Source of the DNA: Eremomyces bilateralis CBS 781.70
Lineage: Eukaryota
Assembly (NCBI GenBank): GCA_010015585.1
Contig: ML975152.1
Reading direction: 5' to 3' (one strand)
Length of the DNA: 64,000 bases
Position 1 is the stretch's first letter, and each line of letters starts with the position of its first letter. The translations under genes were made by a program, and so were the position numbers. The notes below the pieces were generated by a model, which was not told the DNA's origin, did no database searches, and saw nothing but the letters and a program-made list of their open reading frames with translations. Below are positions 1 to 12,290 of this stretch, piece after piece.

Positions 1-406
1 CTTCCATACTATTCGACGTTGTCTATCACAAAATACGCAAATCCAGCTTCCTATGATCGACTCCTATTGGTTTTACAAGTTACCTACACTCCCACTACCC
101 GGATCCTTCGCGACAGTACGCGATCCAGCTATGGCACGACTTCCTCCTGGACTAAGAGACCGGCCAAACGACCCTTCTTCGCGTCGACTCCCGTCTGCCT
201 TCGAACAGGTACGTGCAACACCATTACAACACCAAATATCGGGAGGAGGAGCACAGCCCCAGCCAGCCCCTCCGCCGCAGATGGACGGGCAGGAAATTAC
301 GGAAGAAGCACGAAGGTTACTTGCGAACTATCGACCAGGGGAGACGTCATTCAGCGATCTCATCCAAGAGCGCATCAGCGGCCTTACGCCAGCTTCTTTT
401 GAGTGA
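1..406 (+). CDS. 3' end of a protein-coding gene of unknown function, truncated by the window edge
   Basis: Frame is open from base 2 (FHTIRRCLSQNTQIQLPMIDSYWFYKLPTLPLPG...) to TGA at 406, with protein-like composition. Family not recognised. Confidence 0.6.
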   Translation, partial: FHTIRRCLSQNTQIQLPMIDSYWFYKLPTLPLPGSFATVRDPAMARLPPGLRDRPNDPSSRRLPSAFEQVRATPLQHQISGGGAQPQPAPPPQMDGQEITEEARRLLANYRPGETSFSDLIQERISGLTPASFE

Positions 407-826
407 AACGAGGACCTAAGTTAGCGTTTTTGATCATCCGTGATCCTCTGTACGATTAGATACATTGAATTACATAGTTTGAACGCAGAATGGTCGGCTT
501 GACTCGTATAAAGCATCATATACTAGACCATCCCAATCTGCGTCAGAGATTCGAAGGGATTGGTATGTCATGTGACCAGGTAGGGTGTGAATGGAGCCGG
601 GTGGCGGGTGTGAATGGAGCACAGCGGGGTGTGAAAGGAGCTTCACCCGACTTTGAATCCCAGATTTAAGTCACATGACTCCAAAACTCAAAAGCAGGGA
701 GAATTGTGATTGGCCACAAGTCCTGAGCCCTCATTCCCGGTCGACATGCAAAAATTCCACCTCCATCGCCTTGTCTGAAGCAGTTGAATGTCGAAGAATG
801 GTGTTGTGCTGGACCGTTTCTGAAAG

Positions 827-1897
827 ATGGGTCTGAGTGCGCCTCGCAAGTAAGTACCTCCGGACCCTAAGTAAAGGATACCTTTTCTGATTCCTATATC
901 CTCAGCCGAGTGAAACTCTCGAGTGATCCTAACAACACAAATTGGAGCCGGTCAACCGAGCGCTTCGGACACAAGATCTTGACCACATATGGCTGGGAAC
1001 CGGGCGCGGCTCTTGGTGCGGAGAATGCAGCACAAGCAGCACACTACACCTCCGCCAACTTCTCGCACGTCCGTGCCGTGCTGAAAGATGATACTCGCGG
1101 GTTGGGCTGCAATAAGAAGTCTGCGGCGGAAAATGATACCTTTGGACTGAATCTTTTCCAGAACGTCTTGGGAAGGCTCAACGGAAAGGACGATGGTCAA
1201 CTAGAAAAAGATGCGAAGCAGTTGAGGGATGTTAATCTACGTCTCTACCAAGAGAAGGCCTTCGGTACCATGATCTTTGTACATGGGGGCTTTCTGGTCG
1301 GGGATCGGGTTGAGCGTAGCCTTCCAACAACCACCGACCGAAAACGCTCATCGACCGAGGAGAAGGAGGCTCCGGACGGTAAATCGGGTGCAATCGAATC
1401 TACTTCCCGTAGAAAGAGAAAAAGGGGAGCCGAATCCGCGGATGCTTCTTCATCTGAGCGCAACAATGAAGAACCACGTGGTTCAAAATCGAATGGCGAT
1501 GGCGTGAGTGAGATGACAGGCCGTCAAGCACGGGATGAGAGGAAAAGGCAGAGGAAGGCTAGAAGAGAATTGAGGGAGAAAAAGCGAGAAGAGAAAAGGA
1601 ACAAGAAACGACGGAAGGACGGAACTGAGTCGACAGAGAAAGGTGTTGAACCGGTGGTATCCGGAACTTCTACACCACTTGTCCTATCGTCCCATAGTTC
1701 TGGGACTTCAACTCCGATTTCAAATCCAAATATTTTGGCTGGTGGTCGCCAAGAACTACGACGCAGATCGATTCTCCAGAAGCGAATGGCCATGTCGAGT
1801 CAGACAGCACTCAATGAGGTAGGGTTGAAATGGTTTCGATATGCCTTGACGATGCTTACATTATTTGCAGATATTCATGCTCAAGGCCGGAATCTGA
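827..1897 (+). CDS. PXR1: G-patch ribosome-biogenesis/telomerase-inhibitor protein PinX1/Pxr1(Gno1)
   Basis: Spliced model 827-849, 906-1818, 1871-1897 with GT..AG introns gives MGLSAPRNRVKLSSDPNNTNWS...FGHKILTTYGWEPGAALG...KDDTRGLG (G-patch), a K/R-rich tail and C-terminal LNEIFMLK. Confidence 0.92.
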
Positions 1898-1984
1898 GCG
1901 TGTAAACGGATCTACAGAAGCCTCTAACGTTGAATTATCGGTCACGCCACCCGATGCATGGACAAAGTACGCTATGCAGCTCAA

Positions 1985-4810
1985 TCAAATACCCAAAGCC
2001 CGAACCAAAAGCCACAGTACGACCGGAACCACAACGTTATCATTCCCGCCTGTGAGGACAGCTTCCGTGAAGCTGGCACCCGAAGCCGCCGTAGCAGCCT
2101 TCGGAATCCAAGACGCCCAGTCAACGCCCCCTGTCTTCCACTGGCCAACATCCAGCCAGAATTGACTAAGAGCAAGGCCAATAAGAACCGCTACGGCGAA
2201 CGCAACGCTCCCCTCAATGCTTTTCCCGCCAGTCCACGGCCATTTAGTTCTTCCGAAACGCCGACCGACCAGGCTTGCCGCCGCATCCCCAAGCCCGACG
2301 CATATCACCCCTGTAACCATACTTAAATCACTCCCTTTGACCTCCCAGCCTTTCCACGGATCCACGCCGCCCGTTTGCATCCCCGACAAGCTCAGCCACA
2401 ACGGAGTCGCGCAGCCGATCAGGAGAAATAAGTGGCTGACCACGACCGGCCCTCGCAAGTCTCGACCGTCCACAAAAGGAGTGAGGAACGAGGCGATGGG
2501 TTTCGACAGCGGTGGGAGTTGGCTGGCGCGGAGCACGTCCAGGAGGAGGAAGATGCAGAGGACAAGGCCTAGCGCAAGCGCGCAGAAGGACGGGTCGATG
2601 TAGATCGCGGGGAGGAACATGGCGACCATGGTGCCGTGGAACACTTTCCGTCGCGTGTCTACTTCCACGGAACTGGAAAGCCGCAAAACGACCAAGAGCC
2701 CTGCACCTAGTATCGATAGCAAGTAGACACTGAGAACAAGCCGCACGTTTGCCAATCCATATCCAGCTCGAATTTTTTCTGCAAATCCAAACGACTCTTC
2801 GGTGGGGGTCGAAGATTCAAGTGGTGAAAGTGGAATCCAGCGCTCCAAATTCCAGTCAATGACTGAGAACCGAACGGCACGGATATTGCCGAAGAGGTAA
2901 CCAATCGCCCAGCCGAACGGCTCGTGGCCATCAAGTGCCTCGTGCTGGACCCATAATCGAATCGGCCCAAGAATCGTAAGGACAATAACTGCGTAGACAT
3001 AGCACGCGTACATCCACTTGCGATGAACCGCTTGCTGGGGTGTAAGTGACAGAAAGGACTTATAAAGACTGCGTGACCTCTGATGTTTTTTGGTTCGAAC
3101 AGGAATGGCAGGCGATTGGTTGCCTTTCATATTCGGCGCGGTATTCCGCCGTTGCCTCTTAATATCCGCAAGGTCAGCTTTGGGGAAAAAATCGTTCCCC
3201 CGGGTTGATTCCACTGCGGATTTGGTTTCGGCGTCGCCCTCGAAGGCTCCGAGTTTGGTTTGAACTCGATTGGCTATCTCAAGCTCGAGGGCTGCAATTG
3301 TGTTGCCCATATATTTCTGGGGAGTGTGTGCTTCTTCGCTGTCGCTGTCATCCAGTGAGGGCTTCATCGCCAGAGGAGTCCGGTCCTTGGAGGCTGCTCG
3401 TAAGGATCCCAGCAGCCTATTTAGGAAGTATTGACGCGCCTGTATAACTCTTCCTGCACGACGGAATCGCCAACGGGGTATGCGAGCCAGTGCAATGGCC
3501 CATACGATAACCGGTTTGCAAAGAACGAATAAAATTAAACCTCCGCCCCATAGCAATATTCGCAAAATTGTGGCATGCGGGGATTTTGAGAACAGGAGGA
3601 GGTTGATCAATGCTGTTGAAAGTAGTTGCAGCTCGGAAGAGAGAAGGCTTGTAGCCGTCAGATACGCCAGCGGTTTGAGAAGTGTATAGTGGAGGGGAAA
3701 CAGCATCGAGAGCAATTCGTCCCGTTGAGTGTCCACAATATGCAATGGTCCTCCATCCGCTCCGGAGGCGACCGAGTAGTATAAACCACGGTTCCTTGCT
3801 ACAAGTGGTAACACAGCCAGGATCCAATGAAAATAAGGGATAGTCTCCGAAGCACTGATCGCTGGGACTATTTGAGGAGGGAGAGAAGAGAGTCCAAGGA
3901 CGATATTGGGAATAAGGACACCCGGATGCTGAACATGTAGCGACATAGCTACTAGTACCGGAAGTATGACAGGATACAGTAATGGAGCCGGATCGAATGC
4001 TGAAGGCACCCGGATGCTATCTTTGAGTTTTGGCAAGACTGGCCACCAAGGCTTGCTGGAATGATGAATGAGACGACTGGGGTAGAGTGTGTACACGGCA
4101 TAGATAAGCAGAACGTATGTAAATAGTTCTGACGGATGTTTAGCTGATGACGGCAAACCGATGGCAATTGACTGACCAGTGCGGCTTAGCTGTAAAGAAA
4201 TCGTGTCCTTCTCCCTCCAATATACTGCTAAGGCCATGAGAAAAACCCAGGAAACTTCGGTGGCTCTTCGAAGCAACTCAATACGACGCCGCCTCAGGAA
4301 CTTCTCCCTCGCCGCCGCAGCGGCACTCTCTTCAGCGATCCGTTTCTGGTTGGCGGTTCGGGTGAAATAGTCAAGGACTTTGACATCGTGGTTCTCAACT
4401 TCCATGGGTGTCCTCGGCGGAGTAAGACTCTCGTCCCCCGAGTTCCCAGGGTCTCCAGGGCCATGACGGAGACCTTTTCTAGGTCGCGCCGGAGGAGGTG
4501 GCAGAGCTTTTATGTAGCTGGAGCTTTCATCGTCCGCTTCCGTGCCGCTGTCGCTTGATGATCGGGCGGCCCGGCGCGAGTCCCAGTCATGTTGGGATTG
4601 TCCAACTTCCGGATTTCCTCCTCTCTTCTCGTTCGGGTCGGTTTGTCCCTCGTGATCGTGGGTGGACGGAGGGTCGTGCGGAATCTCTAACCGATGGAGA
4701 TGGTAGGGTTGAGGTGTCCGAGAGAAGCTTCTTATCGAGGCAGGACTGCTATGCTCGTCCTCTGGAAACGAGCGCTGAGCGCTGAGCTCTGACATCATGA
4801 AATGCGGCAC
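1985..4810 (-). CDS. SEC59: Dolichol kinase (CTP-dependent, polytopic ER membrane protein)
   Basis: C-terminal motifs RRKVFH, D-R-GP-VVSHLFLL-GC, GLGDAAASLVGRRFGRTKW--GKSIEGS and NDN. Probable short in-frame intron near 4130-4176. Start codon uncertain. Confidence 0.9.
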   Translation of the reverse strand: MPHFMMSELSAQRSFPEDEHSSPASIRSFSRTPQPYHLHRLEIPHDPPSTHDHEGQTDPNEKRGGNPEVGQSQHDWDSRRAARSSSDSGTEADDESSSYIKALPPPPARPRKGLRHGPGDPGNSGDESLTPPRTPMEVENHDVKVLDYFTRTANQKRIAEESAAAAAREKFLRRRRIELLRRATEVSWVFLMALAVYWREKDTISLQLSRTGQSIAIGLPSSAKHPSELFTYVLLIYAVYTLYPSRLIHHSSKPWWPVLPKLKDSIRVPSAFDPAPLLYPVILPVLVAMSLHVQHPGVLIPNIVLGLSSLPPQIVPAISASETIPYFHWILAVLPLVARNRGLYYSVASGADGGPLHIVDTQRDELLSMLFPLHYTLLKPLAYLTATSLLSSELQLLSTALINLLLFSKSPHATILRILLWGGGLILFVLCKPVIVWAIALARIPRWRFRRAGRVIQARQYFLNRLLGSLRAASKDRTPLAMKPSLDDSDSEEAHTPQKYMGNTIAALELEIANRVQTKLGAFEGDAETKSAVESTRGNDFFPKADLADIKRQRRNTAPNMKGNQSPAIPVRTKKHQRSRSLYKSFLSLTPQQAVHRKWMYACYVYAVIVLTILGPIRLWVQHEALDGHEPFGWAIGYLFGNIRAVRFSVIDWNLERWIPLSPLESSTPTEESFGFAEKIRAGYGLANVRLVLSVYLLSILGAGLLVVLRLSSSVEVDTRRKVFHGTMVAMFLPAIYIDPSFCALALGLVLCIFLLLDVLRASQLPPLSKPIASFLTPFVDGRDLRGPVVVSHLFLLIGCATPLWLSLSGMQTGGVDPWKGWEVKGSDLSMVTGVICVGLGDAAASLVGRRFGRTKWPWTGGKSIEGSVAFAVAVLIGLALSQFWLDVGQWKTGGVDWASWIPKAATAASGASFTEAVLTGGNDNVVVPVVLWLLVRALGI

Positions 4811-5283
4811 ATCGCAGGTACATCACGTCGGAGATATGAGTGGTACGTTACGGTAAACAGCGTTGGAATGGGAGACACCGAAAGGACTGGCAGGAGCGGT
4901 ATGGGACTTGTTGCCCACAGATTGCAACGGCGGTGAGGGGATTGTCCTTGGATTAGTTCACCACCTAAGACACTTGAACAGCCGATTTGGACCTCAAGCT
5001 TCACATGTTTCATTGAAGACGAAGCTCCGGAGGGATGAGTGCATGGACATGAATCGCATTGTTCACGGCAATTGTACGGATTTATCTGAGAAATGAGTCA
5101 TGTTTTAATGCCCTGTGGGCTGTGGCCTAAGGCTTAAACATATCCAAAGTCTTGCGTCTCAATCGCATTTCAATTCCGTCATGGAACGAATTGATTGACG
5201 GTCAGGAAAGCGTCAACAGAAGTGGACATTCAGGCCTCTCGTTTTCATTTTTAATTTTCGCTTCGTTCCTATATTGCATTTAA

Positions 5284-8200
5284 ATGTGTCTTAGCCCGGC
5301 ACTAATCCGATTTGCAGGAGCCCGAAGCTCAACTGCCTTCCGGAAACCACAGCTGCGACACCCTCCACGATCATCACCAATTCTCACGTCACAATCTCGA
5401 CGACCGCTAGTGACACAAAATACCTGTAGCGCTACACGAGTCCTTAGAAACCCATTATCGGCGATTACTACATCTCTCAAAGCTGTACGATACTGCTCCT
5501 TTCAGCGCAGCATGTGTCGATCCATGGGCAGAGAAGCTCCAAGCATGAGTCTGGACATTAGCAACGGGAGAGAGCTTCTCCCCAAGAATGTCAAGCCTCT
5601 CCATTACCATTTGACCTTGGAACCTGACCTGGAGACCTTCCGTTACAATGGCAAAGTGTCAATAGAGTGAGTGGTTTTGTGCCGTGGCTGTCAACAATAG
5701 ACTAATAAAGTTGCAAAGCCTGGATGTCCTCGAAGACTCCAACTCCATTTCGCTGAATACGCTTGAACTCGACATCCAATCTACCGAAATCAAAAGTGGC
5801 TCGACCGTCATCGCGGCCTCTCCGGACTTATCGTACAATGAAGACACGCAAACGACAACGATTTCGCTCAGTAAAAGCCTACAAGCTGGCCAGAAGGCTA
5901 CCCTAACCCACACCTTTTCGGGCACATTGAACGACAACATGGCAGGTTTCTATCGCTCTTCATACAAAGATGCGGATGGGAACGTCAAGTACATGGCCAC
6001 TACGCAAATGGAGCCCACCGATGCACGCCGGGCATTTCCGTGCTTCGACGAGCCGGCGATTAAGGCTGAGTATACCGTGACTCTCATCGCGGACAAGCAT
6101 CTCACCTGCCTGAGCAACATGGACGTTGCTTCGGAAACGGAAATCGATTCTACCATGACTGGGTCCAAGAAAAAGGCTGTAACCTTCAACAAAACCCCAT
6201 CGATGTCCACGTATCTGGTCGCGTTCATCGTTGGCGAACTCAAATGTATCGAGACCAATGCCTTCCGTGTCCCCGTCCGGGTATTCGCTACCCCTGATCA
6301 AGACATTGAGCATGGCCGCTTTTCTCTGGACCTTGCGGCACGAGGCCTGGCCTTCTATGAGAGCCAACAGGTCTTCGACTTGAAGTATCCTTTCCCTAAA
6401 ATGGACCTCGTCGCGATTCCCGATTTTTCGGCGGGTGCCATGGAGAACTGGGCTCTGGTAGGACATCCATGACCAATGAAATGGTCCTTGCTAACGCGTG
6501 GGTGTAGGTAACGTTCAGGACCGTCGATCTGCTCTTCGATGAAACAACGCACGGTGTCAATCGAAAGCAAAGGATAGCTGAGACAGTTCTTCACGAACTG
6601 GCCCACCAGTGGTTTGGTAACCTCGTCACGATGGAGTTTTGGGACGGTCTCTGGCTCAATGAAGGCTTCGCAACGTGGATGAGTTGGTTTGCCCTGAATG
6701 ACCAGAAATTCTTCCCGGACTGGAAAGTTTGGGAGACTTATGTCGTCGACACTCTCCAGCAGGCCCTTTCCTTGGACTCGCTCAGGAGCAGCCACCCTAT
6801 CCAGGTTCCGGTCAAGCGCGCCGATGAGATCAACCAAATCTTCGATGCCATTTCCTATTCGAAGGGGTCTTGCGTCTTGCGAATGGTCTCCAAATACCTG
6901 GGCGAGGAAACGTTCATCGAGGGCGTTCGACAGTATTTGAGAAAGCACGCCTATGGCAACACCGAGACTTCGGATCTTTGGGCTGCCCTCAGCAGCGCTT
7001 CTGGCAAACCAGTCGAAGAGATCATGAACATCTGGACCACCAAGATCGGCTTCCCGGTAGTCAGCGTCAGCGAGGACCCTGCAACCAGTTCCATTCACGT
7101 CAAGCAAAATCGGTTCCTCAGAACTGCCGACGTCAAACCAGAAGAAGACCAGACACTGTTCCCAGTGTTCTTGGGGCTGAAATCGAAGGCTGGTGTCAGC
7201 GAGGAATTGACGCTCAGCGAACGGGAAAGTTCGTTCAAGGTCGATGATCTCCAGTTTTTCAAGCTGAATACGGATCACTCTGGATTCTACCGTACGTCGT
7301 ACACTCCGGAGAGGTTGGAGAAACTTGGAGAGGCAGCAAAGAACGGTCTCTTGTCCGTCGAAGATCGAGCAGGCATGATTTCCGATGCGGGAGCATTAGC
7401 TGCTTCGGGTTATCAGAAGACTTCCGGGGTTCTTTCTCTATTGGAGGGCTTCAAATCCGAGTCTGCCTTTGTCGTATGGAACGAGATCGCAAGTCGCATT
7501 GCGTCGTTGCGGGCTGCATGGCTATTTGAAGATGATGACCTCAAATCTGCGCTGAAGAAGGTGCAACTAGATCTCGTCAAAGACAAAGCCCACGAACTTG
7601 GCTGGGCGTTCAAGGGCAGTGATAGTCCTGTGGAGCAGCAGTTCAAGTCACTGCTTTTCGGATCGGCGGGATTGGCTGGCGATGACAAAATCCAGAAAGC
7701 GGCGTTCGAAATGTTTTCCGCTTTCAAAAAGGGCGATAGAACTGCCATCCATCCAAACATCCGCAGCTCAGTGTATGCCATTGTTTTGAGCGAGGGCGGG
7801 GAAGAAGAGGTAAGTGTTTGAATTCCTTTTGAATATCCCATGCTAACACCTTGTTTAGTACCAGGCTATTCTTCAAGAAGCTCGTACTGCGAAGACCAGC
7901 GACGAGCGGAACACGGCTTTGATGAGCCTTGGACGGGCGAAGGACCCGGAGCTGATCAAGCGAACCCTGTCTCTGCCATTGGGCGGTGATGTCAAAGAAC
8001 AGGACATCTACCTGCCGCTTTCCGGACTCCGAACCCACCGCGCCGGTGTCGAAGCCATGTGGGCGTGGATGCAGGAGAACTGGGACGAGCTTAAGAAGCG
8101 CCTTCCACCCGGACTGACGATGTTGAGCTCGGTCGTCACCATCTGTACGTCGGGGTTCACGCACTCGGAGCACATGGATAGTCTCCGTGCGTTCTTCGAG

Positions 8201-8326
8201 GCGAGGAGTACCAAAGGATTTGACCAGAGCCTCGCCCAGAGCCTGGATGCCATTCGAGCGAAGCAAAACTGGATTGAGAGGGATAGTGAGGACGTGAAAG
8301 CGTGGCTCACCAAACGGGGATATTAA
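5284..8326 (+). CDS. APE2: M1-family (puromycin-sensitive-like) aminopeptidase 2
   Basis: Motifs [29 protein letters not shown] and zinc site [10 protein letters not shown]...LWLNEGFA. Introns near 5667-5718, 6458-6507 and 7810-7858. Confidence 0.95.
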
Positions 8327-9109
8327 GTATGGTGTCTGTGATGGAAGAAGTTACTTGGCGACACATCTTTGCAGGATTATCTTCGCAAGGAGTAACTTCG
8401 CATGGAAGTATTCTCTATCCATACAATTTGAATATACTGCAGTGAATAGAGGTCATGCAACTTCCATCAGATAGTTATTGTGCTGGTGATATAAGACCGA
8501 CCAAGGTCACATGACCCTTGGAGCAAGCCTGCACGTGACCGTATATATTCATGGAAAGGGCGAGCGAGTGAAGACGCTCCAGACAATTTGTTATTGTAAT
8601 AGAAAGTAAACCTAGTAGGGCGATGCATACCTGGGCATACCACGACCGCCATCAATGCAGCATGCCAACCAATATCCTTTCATGTCTGTGATGGTGGATA
8701 TTGTGGGTGATGAAAACAACCACACAATATCGTATTGAACCCGTGATAACTGCTTTCGTCGCATGGAATTGAACAACCCACTGCATCTAGACGCCCATGC
8801 CATCTCTTGATCATGGGCGTAACCAACGACTCTCGCTTCGTACTAGGCACCTGCATTCCTCTCTTGGCTCGTCATGTAATTGCTTCAATTTCCCCATCTT
8901 CTCTTCAAAGGTATTCACCCTTGCTGTTGGCCATCCCTATTGCTGCTCAAACTGACGTCCACGATTCTCCATAGTTGAACGATCATACGACATCCGAACT
9001 TGTGACGATCGAGGGTCCGGAATGCCGTAATAATACCCAACGAATCCTGACGGGATCGTTTACACTCATTTAAGCAATTGAATACCACTCGGAATACCGG
9101 ATAGGGACT

Positions 9110-10646
9110 ATGGCGACATCCATATCTTCGCAGCAGGTGGTAGATGCGGAGCAAAGTCACGCAGGCGCTTCGCCATCGCCAAAACGAAAACCTAAGCTCA
9201 GTCGTGTGCAAACTTTCAATAACTCGGTGTCTCAAGGCATCGATGTGTTTTCCCCTGTCAATGAGAATGGTAGCTTTGAGTTTGACAGGATCATCAAGGC
9301 TGGCGACGTACAAAAGAGGACCCGGACGACCAAGGTACGCTACCACCACTCGGGGAGCATCACCGGTCAACTCCAAAATGGCTAACTTGAAGAGGCAGAC
9401 CTGGAAGCCGATGTACCTTATCCTTCGACCTCACACCATGTCGCTGTATAAGGACGCGGAAGGAACGAAGCTTCGATTTCAACTCAAACTATCCGATATA
9501 ACCGCGATTGCTCGACAGAAGGATCCCAAGGGAAAGGCCGAACATGTGTTCGGGGTGTTTTCATCCGCCAGAACCGTCCACCTTGCCGCCAAAACAGACA
9601 AAGAGGTAACAGACTGGGTCAACCTCATCCGCCAGGGAGCACGAATCGACGAGGCAGATGATGAACTTGACATATTACAGTCCCCCAGCGAGGATACGGG
9701 ACCCAATCCTACCTTTGGCAATTGGACCATGGATAGCGCCATGGACCGCGGGCGTACACCTTTGGGCGTGCAACAACCCGCTGCGATGGCGAGCAGCTCT
9801 TCCGAGCCGGAAGGAATGCCCGTTCCGAGTAGAAAGCCCGGCGAGCTCCACAGTGCGGCTGCTGCATCGCGGAAGAGTTCGCTTGCTCAGAGCAGACAAA
9901 ATACGCAGCTTGGAGCCGGCTATTCGGGAAATGACATGAGCGTTTCGGACCTATCGGATATTGGTGGATCGATTCGGCCTGACGGCGTGCCCTTGTCCTT
10001 GTCGAAATCACGGGAGGGCTCACATCCTGAAGCACAGCGGGCCCTCAGCTCAACGAGCATCACAGGGCAAGGTGCCTCCGTTCCTGAAGGATCGGAGGAT
10101 CGGATAATCTACCAAGGTTGGCTGCACCTTTTGAAAACGAAAGGCGGAGTCCGACAATGGAAGAGGCTGTGGTCCGTCTTACGACCGAGGAACTGTGCCT
10201 TCTATAAAAGCGAAGAAGAGTATTCCGCCGTCCTAATCCTACCCCTCTCCTCGCTGGTCTCGGCCGTGGAAATCGACCCCGTTTCCAAGAGCCGGCCGTA
10301 TTGCATGCAGCTCATCGCCGACGATCGAAACTACCGGTTCGCCGCGCCCAGCGAAGAAAAATTGGCCGCGTGGCTAGGCGCGTTCCTGAGCCTGTTCGCA
10401 AAGCGGAAGCAGGGATGGAAGCGAGAAAGCCAGCTGGAGTCTGGCCAACTCGAGGATGTTGTGGACGGCAATCGATCACGGAGGACAACGGCGGAGGTAA
10501 AAGAAAACACTCCGGGGGGGGGTGAAGGGAGGGGCGACGGGCAGGCAATGAACAGGCAGACGAAGGCCCATAACAGCATGAGCACGATTGCAAGCAGCCG
10601 AGTGGGACTGGACGATTCAGCGCCTGTTGCCGTTTCAGGGAAGTAG
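9110..10646 (+). CDS. Tandem PH-domain protein (Opy1-like)
   Basis: Intron 9335-9398 (GTACGC...GCTAAC...CAG) joins IIKAGDVQKRTRTTK to TWKPMYLILRP (PH1, ending VTDWVNLI). A second PH runs IIYQGWLHLLK...WKRLWSVLRP...LAAWLGAF. Confidence 0.85.
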
Positions 10647-11303
10647 GTCGAACATTTGAAACTTCCTGTCAGACCATCGTATTGCGCTTGTATATGAATA
10701 ATGATTTGATGACAAGATATTTGATGCTGCTGTCGCTATGACTACGGTACATGAAGGGTTCTCTCCGCATTGGAGCTCTAGCTTCCTGGGTTCTGTTTGA
10801 TGTCGTCCGTGTTGAAGCCCTGCTCCAGCGACCAGCACCCTGGCAAATGCCCTTTGGCAGAAGCGTACCAGAACAAGACGAAGGTAAATTTAGCAAATAT
10901 CATTTGAGAATAGGTTGAATAGCTTCTCTTACAAATGCGAAATTTCGAATAGCTATTCCGCTTGCTGCCCTTTGCTTCGTATTGGACGAGTGACGAGGCA
11001 TTTAAGTTGAGACCAAAATTTCGTGCGCCGCCTAATTGAGGCCGAAATCTTGGCATTTGCTCTCCACTTTACGCGATTCCAGAAACAGAACATCTCCAAA
11101 CTCTTAACCCCCCCATTCAGTTGATGTTGCGTTCAAAGATTGTGGGACGGACAACATCTAGATATCCCCTTCACTGCCTGTCTTGCCCAAAAGACTGCAA
11201 CCGTCCTCGAAAATCTAGATAACGGCTTTCCGCAAAATCTCCCAACCGCTGTAGCTTCACACCAAACTGGTCTATCCCGCCAACCCATCGCTACAAGATC
11301 ATA

Positions 11304-11931
11304 ATGGGGAAGACGCCTAAGCCTAAGAATCGAGGTACGGAGCCTCTCGAGCGCAAAATTCAACTTCGGTTTTGCTAACATCGAAGCAGAATTTTCGGTT
11401 CATTCCCGAACGGCACGACGACATGTCTCGCCACCCCTCAATCCCGACCAGACCGTGAAGAGCGTTGAAACTGGTACCTCCGCAGTAGGACGTCCCGACG
11501 TCCTCTCCCCGCACAGTGCGGGCGTCCACAAGCGAACCAAGCAGAAGAGCCTAACGCGTCAACAACGCTTGCGACACGAGAAGGGGATGGAGCGCGCCGA
11601 CGCCAACGTTGCGAAGCTGGAGGCGAAGGTGCAGAAGAGCACCGGCCGACATAGCACGGTCAAGAGTCGGAAAACCGACTGGCTGGACGTCAATGGCAAG
11701 CTTAAGACGGGCAGCATGTTCGCAGCGCTCGAGATTGACGATATGGAGATGAAGGGGAGCTTTTATAAAGATCAGGCGCGGCGGGAGGCTAAGGGGAGTC
11801 CCGAGCGGACTGCCAAACCCCGAGCACGAGACGTTAAGCAGACGGATGCAGACGAATCGGGCAGAAAACTGGACTTGCCAATCATGGTCAAAGGGCCGGA
11901 AGGTGTTCCCTCAATTGGTGCTGCCGGGTGA
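11304..11931 (+). CDS. ALB1: Pre-60S shuttling factor Alb1/Ecm1 family
   Basis: MGKTPKPKNR, intron, then SVHSRTARR; later LTRQQRLRHEKGMERADANVAKLEAKVQKS...VKSRKTDWLDVN, typical of the Alb1 domain. Confidence 0.8.
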
Positions 11932-12290
11932 TGTTCGTGGCACTGAGTCCACTATCTTATCTCCTGAACGCTCCATGAACAAGATGTGTATGGATACCAC
12001 ATCTACGTGTCCAGCCTCGGACGACGCTCCTATTGAAACTGAATACGGTTGGTTCTATCTGCTTGTGGGCAAGCAGATCATCGCCAACTAACGATTCTGG
12101 AGCAGAGTTTCGCAAATGTCGTCGACGATGGAACGAGAGCATCACAAGGCACGCATCATGACTATACAATAGACGAACGCAGTTTTGAATAGGATCTAGC
12201 TGCTCTCTGATTCATCATTCATCCCAGATCCCATTCTAAATGTCGTGATTAACTCCATGGCTTCTCCCCCCGCCCTACGATGCATCCCCC

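Noticed and set aside
1897..1985. Very short gaps between convergent genes (PXR1/SEC59, UTP8/CDT2, BMT6/MEIOB-like)
   Set aside because: Ordinary for compact fungal genomes.
6355..7278. 307-aa ORF antisense to APE2
   Set aside because: Antisense shadow; it crosses an APE2 intron and has no independent support.
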